Origin: Fimicolochytrium jonesii
Lineage: Eukaryota
NCBI RefSeq assembly: GCF_025526975.1
Contig: NW_026515680.1
Span: forward strand, 620,001 to 684,000
Direction of reading: 5' to 3'
Length of the DNA stretch: 64,000 bases
Below, one piece after another: positions 48,769 to 60,660 of the stretch (the first letter of the stretch is position 1; every line of letters begins with the position of its first letter). A program made the translations under genes and the position numbers. The notes beneath the pieces were generated by a model that was not told the DNA's origin, ran no database searches, and was given only the letters and a program-made list of their open reading frames with translations.

Positions 48769-50689
48769 TTCTGGGAAAAGCAAGGGGGTTTGATGTGCGT
48801 GTTGTCGACAGAGAACGGTGTCTTGCTGAACGATCGATGTCGATTCACGTTTGGCGGAGGTTGAGCATCGCGAGAGAGAGAATCCGCATGTTGCCAACCG
48901 AATGACGGCACTGGAGAACACGCCTTCCGTCGCGGCTTGGCAAAACTCGCGAGGACGCCTCCCATCGTCGCGGCCAGAAGGTCGAGCGACGAGGACCCTG
49001 ATGACTTGTCCACACATCAACCCGCCAGGAAAAGACCCTGAGCGGGGGTTTCTCAGAGGCTGATCCCCTATTAGAGTGTGCGGCCCTAGGGATCCCCTGC
49101 ATCGTCGGTCATAGCACTGCAAGAAGCATCTTGCGTAGGTAGCTGCGGGTCATTGAGGGATCGGAGGAAAGATGTGCGCGCAGTGATTATGATTGAAGAG
49201 CGCAGCCGGAGGATATGGGCTCTCAGGGCTATGGATCTCCGGCGTCACTACGTAGCTCTACCGTGCCCTAAGAAGTCCGAGGGGCCTCCGCGGCTGACGC
49301 ACCCGTGACACGGTCTTACGTAAGCCACCCACGACAAGAAGAAAGTATAAGAGAACCCATCGTGTCGAAACGATTTTGTCGCCGGGGCTATGTGATCGGG
49401 CGGTGTTGTGGTTGAAAGGCTTGGGGTTGGGGATGTTGGACTCGTTGGGGAGACTAAGTAGCCGCCGGGGATGCTCTCGGTCGCTTCGCTGGGATTTGTC
49501 TGCCGAGTCTTTCTCGCAAGCCGGTGATCCCCCGAGCACGCATCGGGAACATCGTTGCCGACGAATTGAGGCAACGGCGGTACGATCGCGCGAAGAGAAG
49601 CTGAAAATAACGAGAATTACGGCAGTTAGGGTTTGAGCGCAATTGTCCGGCTTTATGGGACCTCTTTGCAGGGAGTTGTCGCAAATTGGCGTGATTGCAT
49701 GTTTCTATCAGTGCTGCTCGCGACGCTTCAGGCTGTAGGAAACACACTCTGACGGTTGCGACGGCACATATCCCATTGCAGGTAAGACAGCGGCAGGTCT
49801 TGCAGTACCAAACGGCCTCGCGACAGGCGATGAAGTCAGAACCCCGCGCCTGGACACCATTTCGGTTGCCGTAGTGGAGAAAAAACAGAATTTGTACACG
49901 ATGAGAGCTCGAAGAGATCGCCGAATGTTCCCAAAGCCCAATCCGTGCGTTTACTTGCAATCTCCTTGAGCTTAATGCTTCGTGTATGTTTAGAAACGGA
50001 CCTCGCGTACATTGCCATTGCAGCAAGGGCGCTTTGGTGACCTTCATCGGCCTACTTACGTCTTCCCATGGTCGAAATATTCTTTGCTCATCTGCGTCTT
50101 GCCAAAAGAGATAAGCAGCAAGAACCGCCTTTCCGCGACCGAGACCGCATATCTATCGTCCACGCCGCCGATGCATGCGCAAGCCGGTCATCGCAGCATC
50201 GTCGCGTTGTAATAGCGGCCACGCATCCTAAAACCCGCCGGTCGCACCTTATTCTGGTCTGCTTATTCACGAAGGTTTTTAAGTTTACAGAGTGGGTGCT
50301 TATAGATTTCATACGCGCACGGATGCCAGGGCACAATCCGCCGATCGTAAACGGGTTAGAGATGGGACGCGAATCAATGCCTCAGGTCCCTTGGTATGAA
50401 TCTCTCCATAGTTTCCGCGCCTGAATCGGTGCCATTGAGGGCTTAAAACCTTGATAGCTTATTCGAAGGACGGACGCTTGGATGTGGCCCCCTTCCCGTT
50501 ACGGAGCTTCTGTCCCAAAGCGGAAAGCTGAACAGGACGTTCTGGCATTAATTTGCACTTCAACGCCAATCAAACTGACTATTGTTCACATTAGCACGTT
50601 GAGTTTGGAGAGGTGCTAGGGTTTTGCGGGATCCTTGCGTGCACAGGGCATCAATGACCGTCGCGCGAGCTGAAAGCAGTTACATTGTC

Positions 50690-51150
50690 CCCAAGCTGAA
50701 GCTCCTACTTCTCAGCTTATCCGCTCACAAAGCGACACAATGACAGTCTTTTTCGGCACGGAAGTGACATTTTCAGCTTCTCAGCCATCCACCTCACAAA
50801 CCGATTTTCCGCTGACCAGCTCACAAACTGACACAATGACTCTCAGGCACGGAGTCGAACTTTCTAGCTTCTCAGCTGGACACCTCACAAACCGACTTTC
50901 CTTAGCTCACAAACCGACACAACGCAACATGCAACACTTTCCCGGCATGGAATGGAAGTTCTCAGCTTTTCGGACCCAGCACGGAATCGAAGTTCTCAGC
51001 TTTGCAGCACAAATCCGCACGATGGATCCTTCTTCAGATCGGAATCGAAGCTTCCAGCTTTCAGCTGTATTTCAGCGCGGAATCGAGGCATTCCTGTTCA
51101 GCCCTCACAAGCCAACCGATTGAGATCCTTTTTCAGCAAGGAATCGGAAA
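50690..51150. repeat. Degenerate tandem/satellite-like repeat region
   Basis: Recurring motifs TTCTCAGCT, CTCACAAACCGA and CGGAATCGAAG. Confidence 0.7.
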
Positions 51151-54100
51151 ATTCGCAGCAATATATTCGAAAGCTAAGCACGCTTTAAGATTCTGATTCT
51201 GTATGTGGATGTGGGCTGTAGGAATGGTGCATGGAAGCTCGGATGCCAATCGAGGCGGTAACCGTTGACGACAGGATGTCCGGTGCCAACAAGTAGCTTC
51301 CAAACTCGTGCTCTGATGGGCCAACAGGGGAAAGGCTCGTGCCGGGATGCCACGGGGTGGGCTCTCGGAGGCATGATAGGAACCTATTCTCCATTGTATC
51401 AATTGCCTGAATCTGCGGTGACACCGTTATTTCGAGGCGGGAAGCGGGCTTCCCCGTTTACACCTTTCTGTAGCAACCGCATAGAGGCATCTCGCCTCGT
51501 GCCATGCCCTGAGGGTGTCTGAATCCGGTATCTCATACAGAATGAGTAGGTTCAGCTATGTCAAATATTAGCAAAGTCTCTTGCCACCCAGAGACACCTT
51601 AGGCTGCCGCGCCAGAACGGTGAATCAATTTGCCTTCCCGTGGATTCCAGTGGAAAGTTGGAAGCGCGATTGTTTAGACTTTTAGACTCTGCGCGCGGTT
51701 TGGATATTAAATTCTTTATTACGTAGGGGAGATTAATCACGGAATGTTCCACAATCTTGATGATTCGCGCCGTAAAAAATGGATTTTGAAGATCAGCCGT
51801 CCGCCGTCCATTGAACTCCATTCTGGCCCACTCTGCCGGCCTAGTGCATGTATACAGGGTAAGCGGTAAAAACGTGATGCGAGGGAGAATCCGCTACATA
51901 GACGCATCGGTCGTGGCCCGGATGCGGGCTTCAAGGACCAGGAATGTATCACTGGGAAGTCATTGCGTGGCGCAAGAACAGATTTCTCACCAATTTGAAT
52001 CCAGGCAGTCGTTTTCCGCTTCCGTTTAGACCCATCGCCCACCCGTCATATAGCTTCTGCGTACCGAACGATAGAAGCGGTATGGTTCTCCTGGATCGAA
52101 GGCGGCTCCAAAATAGCTGCCCTTCGGCCGCTTAGTGGGCGGGATGTCGCGAAAGGTAAGGAAACGCGTGGTCGGCTCCATAACGTAAGCACGCCTCTCG
52201 CCCGCCGCCTTCCCTAGACGCATTGTGGAGAATGCCCACCACATATCCATGGTCTTGCGCCGCGGAAAACCACCGCCGCGTCAGAGATGACAGAGATCAA
52301 GCTGTTAATGCACGTTGACTCCTGGTGCATAAAAGGTGCGATTCCATATGACTGCGTGTCGTATGGCAGCGAAAACCGCAAATGTTTTATGATTAGCACT
52401 TGCCGCGTTAGGCCCTGAACATCACCGCTCCTTATCATGCTCCCAGCGTCCAATGCTCACTGTCGATCGGATTCGTGTTGTGCATCAAAGTCAATACAGC
52501 GTTGTTCAAGACTATTGCGTCAATTGGGACGTCCAATGGATGATCCGAGCTTATGTTGCGAGCGTTGTCTAATCGCACGACTGCAAACTCTATGCACAGG
52601 TTAAATGTGCAGAGGCGGTATCTCCGCGAGGTCACAGGTGCAAGGTCGGAGGCGTTACTTGTCAAAACCTTGGCATGGGTAAGGGAGACTAAGGCTGCAA
52701 CCCCGCAGTAGAAGCGCAAGAGTGTAGCCTTGCAAAAGCACATCTAACAAAGGCATCTTCCACTTGACCAGACGGATAACAGAAGACGGGTCTTGCAAGC
52801 GCATGGCGAGATCCGTGAGCCTTGCCGTGGTAGAGACGCCGGACATGTACATATATGGTCAGCGGGAAAGCCGCATGAATGAAACGGTTGCAATTGCGGA
52901 TGACAACATTGCGAGGACATGACGAGAATGCGGTTCAGCAGTTCCGGATTAACGTCAGCAGTTCCGGATTAACGTTGAGCGCCCCTCATCGAAAGCGGGT
53001 CCGTCGTTATCTACAAATCCGACATGCGGTAGTGAGCCTTATCCGTCCGACGGCGCGAATGGATCACGGAAGGCTGCTTCATAGATGCGCACGTATTTCA
53101 CACGATACCGTTTGCAGCGATTGTAACCGCCTGTATTCATTCAGGTAGACACAGTGGGATACCCAACACGCAGAGATAGTATGGGGATGTTCACGATATA
53201 AATACCCTCTACAGGCCTACGAAATACCTCCTAAAATACTTGGAACGGCGATGAAGGCTCACAGCTAAACTCCCGCCAGACACCGTCCCACATACAGACC
53301 CAATCCACTGACATATGTTCGGGCGTCGCATGTAACCCTGGAGCAAATACCTAAAATCTCCAAGACCATTGACACTTCACCGCAGAAGCGCGAGTCCTTG
53401 AGCGACGCCACTGGGTTCACAACCTTCTTGCATGTGTGCACGCTGCGACGTAGGCGTACGGATTAGGGGTCGTAGGTTATCGGCGAAACCACGTACATAC
53501 GTAGCTTTGAATATGCGCGCTGGCTCGCACGTCTCAGATCATTCGAGATTAGCCGGCATGTTAGACGACCGGTGATGGGTTACTACTGGTAGACCGTACG
53601 TTCGCTCACCGCTCCAGAGGTGTGTGTCGCATAACCTACGGGGATCTGTTCCACCCTGAATATTGGTTCGAAGTTCAGACTCGACGCAGATTTGCACAGG
53701 TTGCATGCAAATGTCATATGCCGTCCATATGACCCAACTGGGCCATTCTCGCCATACGTCACATCCAGCAGCAAATCCCTCTCGACCATGAACGCCGCGA
53801 TGCCCATCACCACAGGCCGTCTCAACGAAACCGACGCTTGTGCTTGACAATGACGTATTGAGTGTGCGATATGGGCGCCCCACATCCCCTCGCATACGTG
53901 AACAGGGCGGACGCCAATTTGCAAAGAAAACGGTACTACGCAAGACCTTGCCTACAACAATCCCGGATCGAAGGCGATGGCGGAGTTGGGAGGCCTTTGC
54001 ACCGTGGAGCTATCGCGACGTACGTGGAAGCAGATTTGGGATTGAAGACATGTCCCGTTAACGTGTGATGTTTCATGTGATGGCGTTGTTGGGTGTAGGA

Positions 54101-54437
54101 GGCGAGCGATCTGCGTGTGACGGGACAGGTATGCACATTTGGGAAGTGGCCAGCACCTCGCAACCCACCGCCGCATCAGATGCGAGCAGCAGGGTCGGTC
54201 GTTCTCCGAAGGGCCATCGATCATCTTCCCTCCCTTGACACCCAACGGCAGTCATTCGCCGGCGGCGAACATGTTACGCGGGAGGATGGTATAGTTGTGC
54301 CATCAAAATATGCACGCTCTCTGCAGCGCCGCACAAGATCGAAGGAGGGGTTTGTGTGCTACTCGCCGATTTGGATGACCAATGCTCCATCTAGATTTAA
54401 TCAGCACCGTCCAGGTACGCAGCCCTTCAAACGAGGC

Positions 54438-55718
54438 TTATGTTTCACGCATGTCCTCTTCCGCAGTTTGTTGGTGGAGCCATTGAAGGATTTCCGGCAC
54501 GTTTGCGTGGATGCGGCCCAATCGGATTTGCTTTGGGGTATATCCTTCCTTTCGATGTGTGAACAGCCACTGAACAACTGCTAGATCCCCCTTCTCAATC
54601 GCGGCGTCCATGGCGTCTTTCGTGCATCCCTCCTTTCTATGGAAATGCAGGAACTTGACCACGTTGAGGTGACCCCCTGCAGCCGCTTTATCCATGGCTC
54701 GCGTGGTACAGCCTTCAGCTCTGTGGAAATGCAAGAATTTCACCACTTCAAGGTGACCTGAGCCAGCAGCCAAATCCATGGCCAATGCTGTACAGCCCTC
54801 CTTGCGATGCGTGTGGAGCCATTCGACTACTTCGAGGTGACCGTTTGCAGCCGCCCAATTCATCGCATATGTCGTACATTCGTTGCCATGGGTGTGGAGC
54901 CACTTAAGAACTGATAGGTGACCAGACCTAGCTGCCCAGTCCATCGCCCGGTACGTGCACCCTTCCGAACGGTTATCGTGAAGCCATTCAATCACCGAAA
55001 GGTGGCCATTGTCAGAAGCATAGTTCATTGCTTGTTCACTGCAACCTTCCAATCTGTTTTCGTGAAGCCATTGCGCTACCGCCAGATGCCCGTTTCCGGC
55101 CGCATGGTTCAATGCTTCCCGCGTGCACCCTTCCAATCTGTTTTCGTGAAGCCATATCACCACGTTAAGGTGTCCCTGTGCAGCTGCCCAGTCCATCGCG
55201 TCTGCACTGGCCATCCCTTCCGGCCCGTGGTCATGAAGCCAACGGACTATGGCGAGGCGACCAGCGGCGGCTGCCTTATCCAGTGCCACGTAGGGATCTG
55301 CTTCGAAGTTAGGCCCGCACGAGGGCACAAGGTGACGTTGAGTGACAACCCGCCTCAGTTCGTTCGGGTACTTGGTGTGGATCCATTGCGCGATATCGAG
55401 ATGGTCGTTGTCCAGAGCGACTTCGATAGCGCTGGCTTCTACACACCCGGAGATACTGTACTTGCACAGCCAACGCAACGCTTCTAGGTTGTTCGATCCC
55501 CATAAGTTCGGGCAGGCATAAGCTGGGGAAGAGAGGAGCTTCCTTTTGACTGCCTCTCTCTTGAAAGCGATTGCATAGTGCACCGGAAGATATGAGAGGA
55601 TATGATCGAATATTTCGACGGGAAATCGTGGAAAGTTGGGAATGCCGCCGGTGGGTTGGCCTTTATCGGACAGCAAACGTCTACTACAGGCCTGTTGATA
55701 TGGCTGGGGTGGATGCAT
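54438..55718 (-). CDS. F-box plus short ankyrin-repeat protein, intronless
   Basis: FPVEIFDHILSYL (F-box-like), then about 9 repeats of CT..AMD.AA..GHL.VV.WLH..R.EG. Confidence 0.9.
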   Translation of the reverse strand: MHPPQPYQQACSRRLLSDKGQPTGGIPNFPRFPVEIFDHILSYLPVHYAIAFKREAVKRKLLSSPAYACPNLWGSNNLEALRWLCKYSISGCVEASAIEVALDNDHLDIAQWIHTKYPNELRRVVTQRHLVPSCGPNFEADPYVALDKAAAAGRLAIVRWLHDHGPEGMASADAMDWAAAQGHLNVVIWLHENRLEGCTREALNHAAGNGHLAVAQWLHENRLEGCSEQAMNYASDNGHLSVIEWLHDNRSEGCTYRAMDWAARSGHLSVLKWLHTHGNECTTYAMNWAAANGHLEVVEWLHTHRKEGCTALAMDLAAGSGHLEVVKFLHFHRAEGCTTRAMDKAAAGGHLNVVKFLHFHRKEGCTKDAMDAAIEKGDLAVVQWLFTHRKEGYTPKQIRLGRIHANVPEILQWLHQQTAEEDMRET

Positions 55719-57464
55719 TTCGGTGGATCGGTGGCTTCAATGGCACTGCTTTGTGTGAACCAGATACAGCGACAATCAGGGAGAGGTCTTCTGTTGCAAA
55801 CGACATTCCGGACATTCCTCGCACAAGGTCATACCTGGTGGGGCGTGCCCGCCTATGGGGTGTTTCTGAGCCACTGTGGACTGTGCTTGGGACCAACGGA
55901 GGTGCTGTGGAGAGGCGGTCGTTGCTGACCTTGCCAGGTTGAAGTCTGGGTTGCAGTCGCAATTCCCAGCCCACACCCAACTGGAGAACACCCTCCGCGA
56001 AGCCCGACAGGCGGCTCCATGTCTGGCTCCAAAGTCCGCGAACAAGTAATTGGTCCTCTGATTTTGGAAGAGTTTAGGTGACAGTGTTCTGACTTTTGGA
56101 TACAGAGGGTCCGTATTTCGATTAAAGCGTTTGGAGGAGGTGGGAGAGTTCTTGATAAAATGTATGTATGGGTGGGTAGGGTAGGTTGGTGTGAACAATA
56201 AGTATAGATATAGAGTTGAATAAATTGTATAATGTATCACTTTTCTTCCCATATATCCCCCTGTACAAGCCGTGCTCTCTGACTCTGACTACATGGTAAA
56301 GCAGTAAGACGCAACTGTAGGCAAGGTCTTTCTTTGAAAATGTGGTCTCGCATTTGACTTTTGTAACTTTTGGCGGTGGACATTGACGATTCTAGAGGCT
56401 GAAAGAGGTGTTCTGCGAAGCTCCATTCGACGGGAATACGGAGATTTACGGATTCGAAGGAATTCAAAGTGGGGATAGAGTCGCTGTTGGCGATGTTCGA
56501 AAGAGCATTGGGACATCATCAAGGCTTTGCGCGAATAATGCAAGTAAAGAACGGCGGTGAACCGATGAAGGATGACTGAGATGAAGGAGCCGAACGGCAA
56601 GAAGCCCCTCGTTTACGTTCCACCCATGCGAAGTCGATGCCTTTGCCGCCTCGCTCATCCATCACCCATCCAACTAGATTTTGTGAAGCTCCATCCGATA
56701 TGAATACCGAGAAGGAATAAGGCGTGGAGAAAGGGTCGCTGTGGGCCACATTTGAGACGGCGTTTGGATCTCACCACGGCTCCCAACGGATCAAAGCGCG
56801 CGAGGGACGCCGATAACGTATTGTTGAGACGAAGGAGGCGGATGCGAGGAAGCCGCTGCTGGTCTTCTTCAACCCATACGACTATGAGGAGTTTGCGGCG
56901 GCAAACCATCAGCTGTCAAAGAAGATGCTCCTTGGCATTGCGACACGTGGAAGACGGACGAGAAATCTGCTGCACCAACTGCAATGCAGATTACCGTCCA
57001 GACTGACGTACTGTAGTCCGCATACGACGAGCGTTACTCTCCTGCCATCGCGTCTGGAGGTATCAAGCCTTCTGTCGTCATCGTCCATCTCAATGCATGC
57101 AACACCTATGAACGCGTCCCCATCGCCGACATCTTTATATTTGCATGTTTGGACCACCGACATTGGCCGTTCGACATTCCTACATACACCATATTCTTCC
57201 AACACATTGCCACGTTGCGTTGTCGTCTGAGCCAACGCCCAATTGGATTTGCGTTGTTCCCATATCTCCCATATTTCAGTTTTCAAGCCGTTTTTCATAA
57301 AGACCGCACGACGCAGAGCGTTTAAAACCCAGTAAGTACGTAGTAGAGTTCAAAGTAGTTTTATTAAGAGATAGTATTATGATATAGAGTACAAGACAGA
57401 GATAGATTACAAGAGAGATATATACAAGTCTTCCCCGTCCCACCCGTCCCACCCAGCCCATTAC

Positions 57465-57765
57465 TTGTCTCCCGAAGGAGCCACCGAGTGTCACGGTCGC
57501 TTTGCGTTGATTTGCACATTCCAGGTTCATAACGCCCATTACGCGGGCTATTTAACGTGTGTCTTCCATCACGGAGCGTTTTCTGTGGTAGCCCAGCACC
57601 GGCCCTTTAACGTACGCATGCCTACCAGCACGAGGCGTTTAATGTGGTTGCCCAGCACCGGCCCTTTAACGTACCCATGCTCCCAGCACGATTGTCTCCC
57701 GAAAGAGCCACCGAGTATACCGGTTGCTTCACGAGGGCCTTTTAACGTGGGTGCCCAGCACGTCA
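57465..57765. repeat. Cluster of nested direct repeats
   Basis: TTGTCTCCCGAA(G/A)GAGCCACCGAGT at 57465 and 57692; GCCCAGCACCGGCCCTTTAACGTAC at 57591 and 57650; recurrent TTTAACGT. Confidence 0.85.
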
Positions 57766-57789
57766 GGATGGATGTCGACCATAGGCTAA

Positions 57790-57960
57790 GACTAGTAGTA
57801 TTGGCAACCCAGTAGTAGTAGTCGGCAGTAGGCCAGAGACTAGTAGTACGTGAGCGACCAATAGATACGTAGTCGAGAAGAGTAGTAGTCGAGAAGAGGT
57901 AGTAGTCGAGAAGAGGTAGTAGTAGTGAAGAGGTAGTAGTAGTGAAGAGGTAGTAGTAGA
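57790..57960. repeat. (AGT)n-rich low-complexity tract
   Basis: Repeated AGTAGTAGT and GAGAAGAGGT units. Confidence 0.9.
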
Positions 57961-58630
57961 GGAGATTGTTGTGTGCGGAACTGATGCGGAAAAAGTGGAG
58001 GGGAGGGCGAACCGAGGTCCTCCTTTTATAGACTTCGGGCTCACTAGGACGCACCTCGTCCGCCCGCAACGGCTCTCTCTCTGGTCGCTACTGCTCTCTC
58101 TGGAAACGAGGTCCCGAGGAAGAACTCATTCTCAAAAGGTGGCACAGTATAGGACTGCGCCCGCAATCCAGTGTCTTTTGCATGACTCGCCAGGAATTGC
58201 GTGCTCGCATTTCAAATGCGCCGATGATTCATGGGCCTAGAGCGCTCCACGGTGGTCTATGACTGGCGACGAAGGTCTGGGCCTGGGTGTTTCTTGGTAT
58301 GCGTTGTGGGATGCACAATGTGTGCAAGGGGGAAAACGCGTGCAAAGGGGGTTGCGACGCGAGATGACATGTCGACGCGCTCTTGGCACGGGCCGTGAGC
58401 GCACGAGGACTAGGGATAGGCCCGTGGAGTGCCGTGCCTGGATGACCTGGGCCTTTGACGAGGAATGGTACGACTGTGACGACGACAGGGGGAGGCGGTG
58501 ACGACGACGCATAGGTGGTGGTGGGCGCACGTGGAATGGCGACGAAGTCCAGTTCAGTTCGAGGATGACTGACGACGAGCGAGGAGGTGTTGTCCGGGTG
58601 GTGCGACGAGGAGGTCGGTCGGTAGCGTAT

Positions 58631-58692
58631 GGGGATGGGGATGGGGATGGGGATGGGGATGGGGATGGGTATGGGTATGGGTATGGGTATGG
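58631..58692. repeat. (GGGGAT)n/(GGGTAT)n hexanucleotide repeat
   Basis: Directly visible. Confidence 0.95.
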
Positions 58693-59899
58693 TAATGTCG
58701 TTTCGTTGGTGAATGCTTTCGGCCTATTTTTTCTCTCCTCCCTTTGTATCCATCGGCGTAGTTGAGCTTGTAGCCCAGAGCCTCGTTTATAGTAGCTTAG
58801 CGCAGGTGTGAGGTATGGGCTAAAGTCTCGAGTCGTATATATAGCGTGTTGATATGGGCCAGGGTTACGACGGACTGGTGGTTGATATGCACAGAGACGA
58901 CAAGTCCAATCGCCTGTGAATATGGAGACGTTTGTGCATGGCGAGTGGGTGGGAGACTGAAGACCAGTTCTTTGACGAACTTGAGGACGCCTCGATCGAA
59001 GTGATCATCCGCCAGCTGGAGCAATCTCGGCCGCCCATCCACTCCAACGGGGTACCCAAAGGTAGTCTGGAAGCCATCATTCGCCAACAGCCGCAGCTGA
59101 TGAGTAGGTGCGTAGTGAGTGGCTTTGAGAGCGTCAACTCTACGCCCTCACCTATTGATCTTATCTGACATTGTCCTTTCCAAACACCTCCATGGACCGG
59201 AACATTCCCTCCTTCGACAACCATGACCGTTCTCGACGACCAATGATTGGCGAAGTGGATGGCAAAACCCGTATTCACGCCGAACGGTGTGTGCAGCTTG
59301 GATCTGTCGGACTGGAGATAGTTTTTTATGTATCATGCACAAGTAGTTATAGATCATCACTGATGAGATAGGTTAGAAAATTGGGGTTGTATGTGGATAC
59401 GTGTAGGCTCACAATGACAACAAACATGCATGGACCGAATTGTAAGATCTATCGGTGAACTACGCTATGCAGTATCTACGTGGAGATGTGCGTCCAACAA
59501 GGTTTCAACTGGATGGTTCGTGCTTGTTCTACGGCATGATAGGACGAGGTAGTGGGAAGGAAGGAAACTACAATGAAGTGCATATTGCCCTCGCCCACCG
59601 GATGTCGTTGACGCGGCAGAGCAATACCGAAGACGGCTGCATTCAACTTCAGGAGGTGTGCGTCTCTTCTCCAAGCCCGTGTATTTCCGGGGTTTGGCAT
59701 TATTGAGTACCGAATACCCACATCCAATCCGGAAACACTGTGAGATCCCCATCAAAGCCAACAAACTCCTCACTCAACGCCATCAGAGAGGGCGGATATG
59801 GGTTCGGACGCCACAGGCGCAAAAGGGATGTCAGCACCCGCCACAGCCGCACCGAATAACAGTGATCGCAACCTCGTGCGTTCCCGCAACCGTGTCAGC

Positions 59900-60660
59900 T
59901 AGCTTTGCGTTGAACGTACCCGCCGAAGATTAGAGTTGAAGCGTGGTGGTAGATCTTCGGCAGATCTTTCGACGGCTTTCGCTTCTCTTGCGGCAATTTC
60001 TTCCCGGCCTCTCTTCTGACCCGTGCCGAGCATACGTAGCCCGTGATGACCGTCTCCCCCCGACGGTTATCGAACAGGGCTGCGTATGCTTCCGCGTACG
60101 GGGAGGTGCCAGTCCTTATCAAGGATACCTCGAATTACGCACAGGTAGCGGCCAAAACTTAGGTTCAACGCGCTTCAGAAATTGACAGCGCTGGGCGACT
60201 GGCCAGACTCGCCGGCCCCCCGTCAACCACCTTTCTGTGAGGTGATGGCCGGTGACTTTCTGCTCTCTTGGAAGCCATCAGGAAAGACTTCATCGCGCGT
60301 TGAACCTGTACATGTAAGTTTTGGCCGCTACCTGTACATATATGTAGGCTGCAATGCCTCTAGGAAGTCAAGAGCCTCGGTGCACAGCGGCACAAACACG
60401 TCGATCTTCTCCGAATCCTTGGCTTTCCGCTTGAAATGGAGCTCGGAGCCTCGGCTTTCCGGCAGATTCGAAGCACGGACTGAGAGCATGATAAAATGTC
60501 TAAGTTGGTATTCTTCGACCCTGGCACACATTTCGAAGGGGTTCGAAGTCTTACATGCCGAGGTCTTCGCAAGTGTGAGCATCCCAAGCAGGGTATCGTC
60601 AATGTTCAGCACCAACGGCAACAAACGCATACTGCGCGTCAACGAGACCCCAAACAGATG
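59900..60660 (-). pseudogene. FCP1/SCP (NIF-domain) HAD phosphatase-like pseudogene
   Basis: LPLVLNIDDTLL (DxDxT motif with the first Asp changed to Asn), ALDFLEAL, FEVSLIRTGTSPYAEAYAALFD and KDLPKI. It is interrupted by a MITE and an in-frame TAA. Confidence 0.55.
60142..60334. mobile_element. 193-bp Tc1/mariner-type MITE
   Basis: CAGGTAGCGGCCAAAACTTA (60142-60161) and its exact reverse complement (60315-60334), extended inward by GGTTCAACGCGC/GCGCGTTGAACC. Flanks are CA (left, possibly a mutated TA) and TA (right). Confidence 0.82.

Noticed and set aside
49454..50047. Cys-rich ORF suggesting a zinc finger
   Set aside because: The Cys spacing matches no family I recognise and there is no consistent exon structure.
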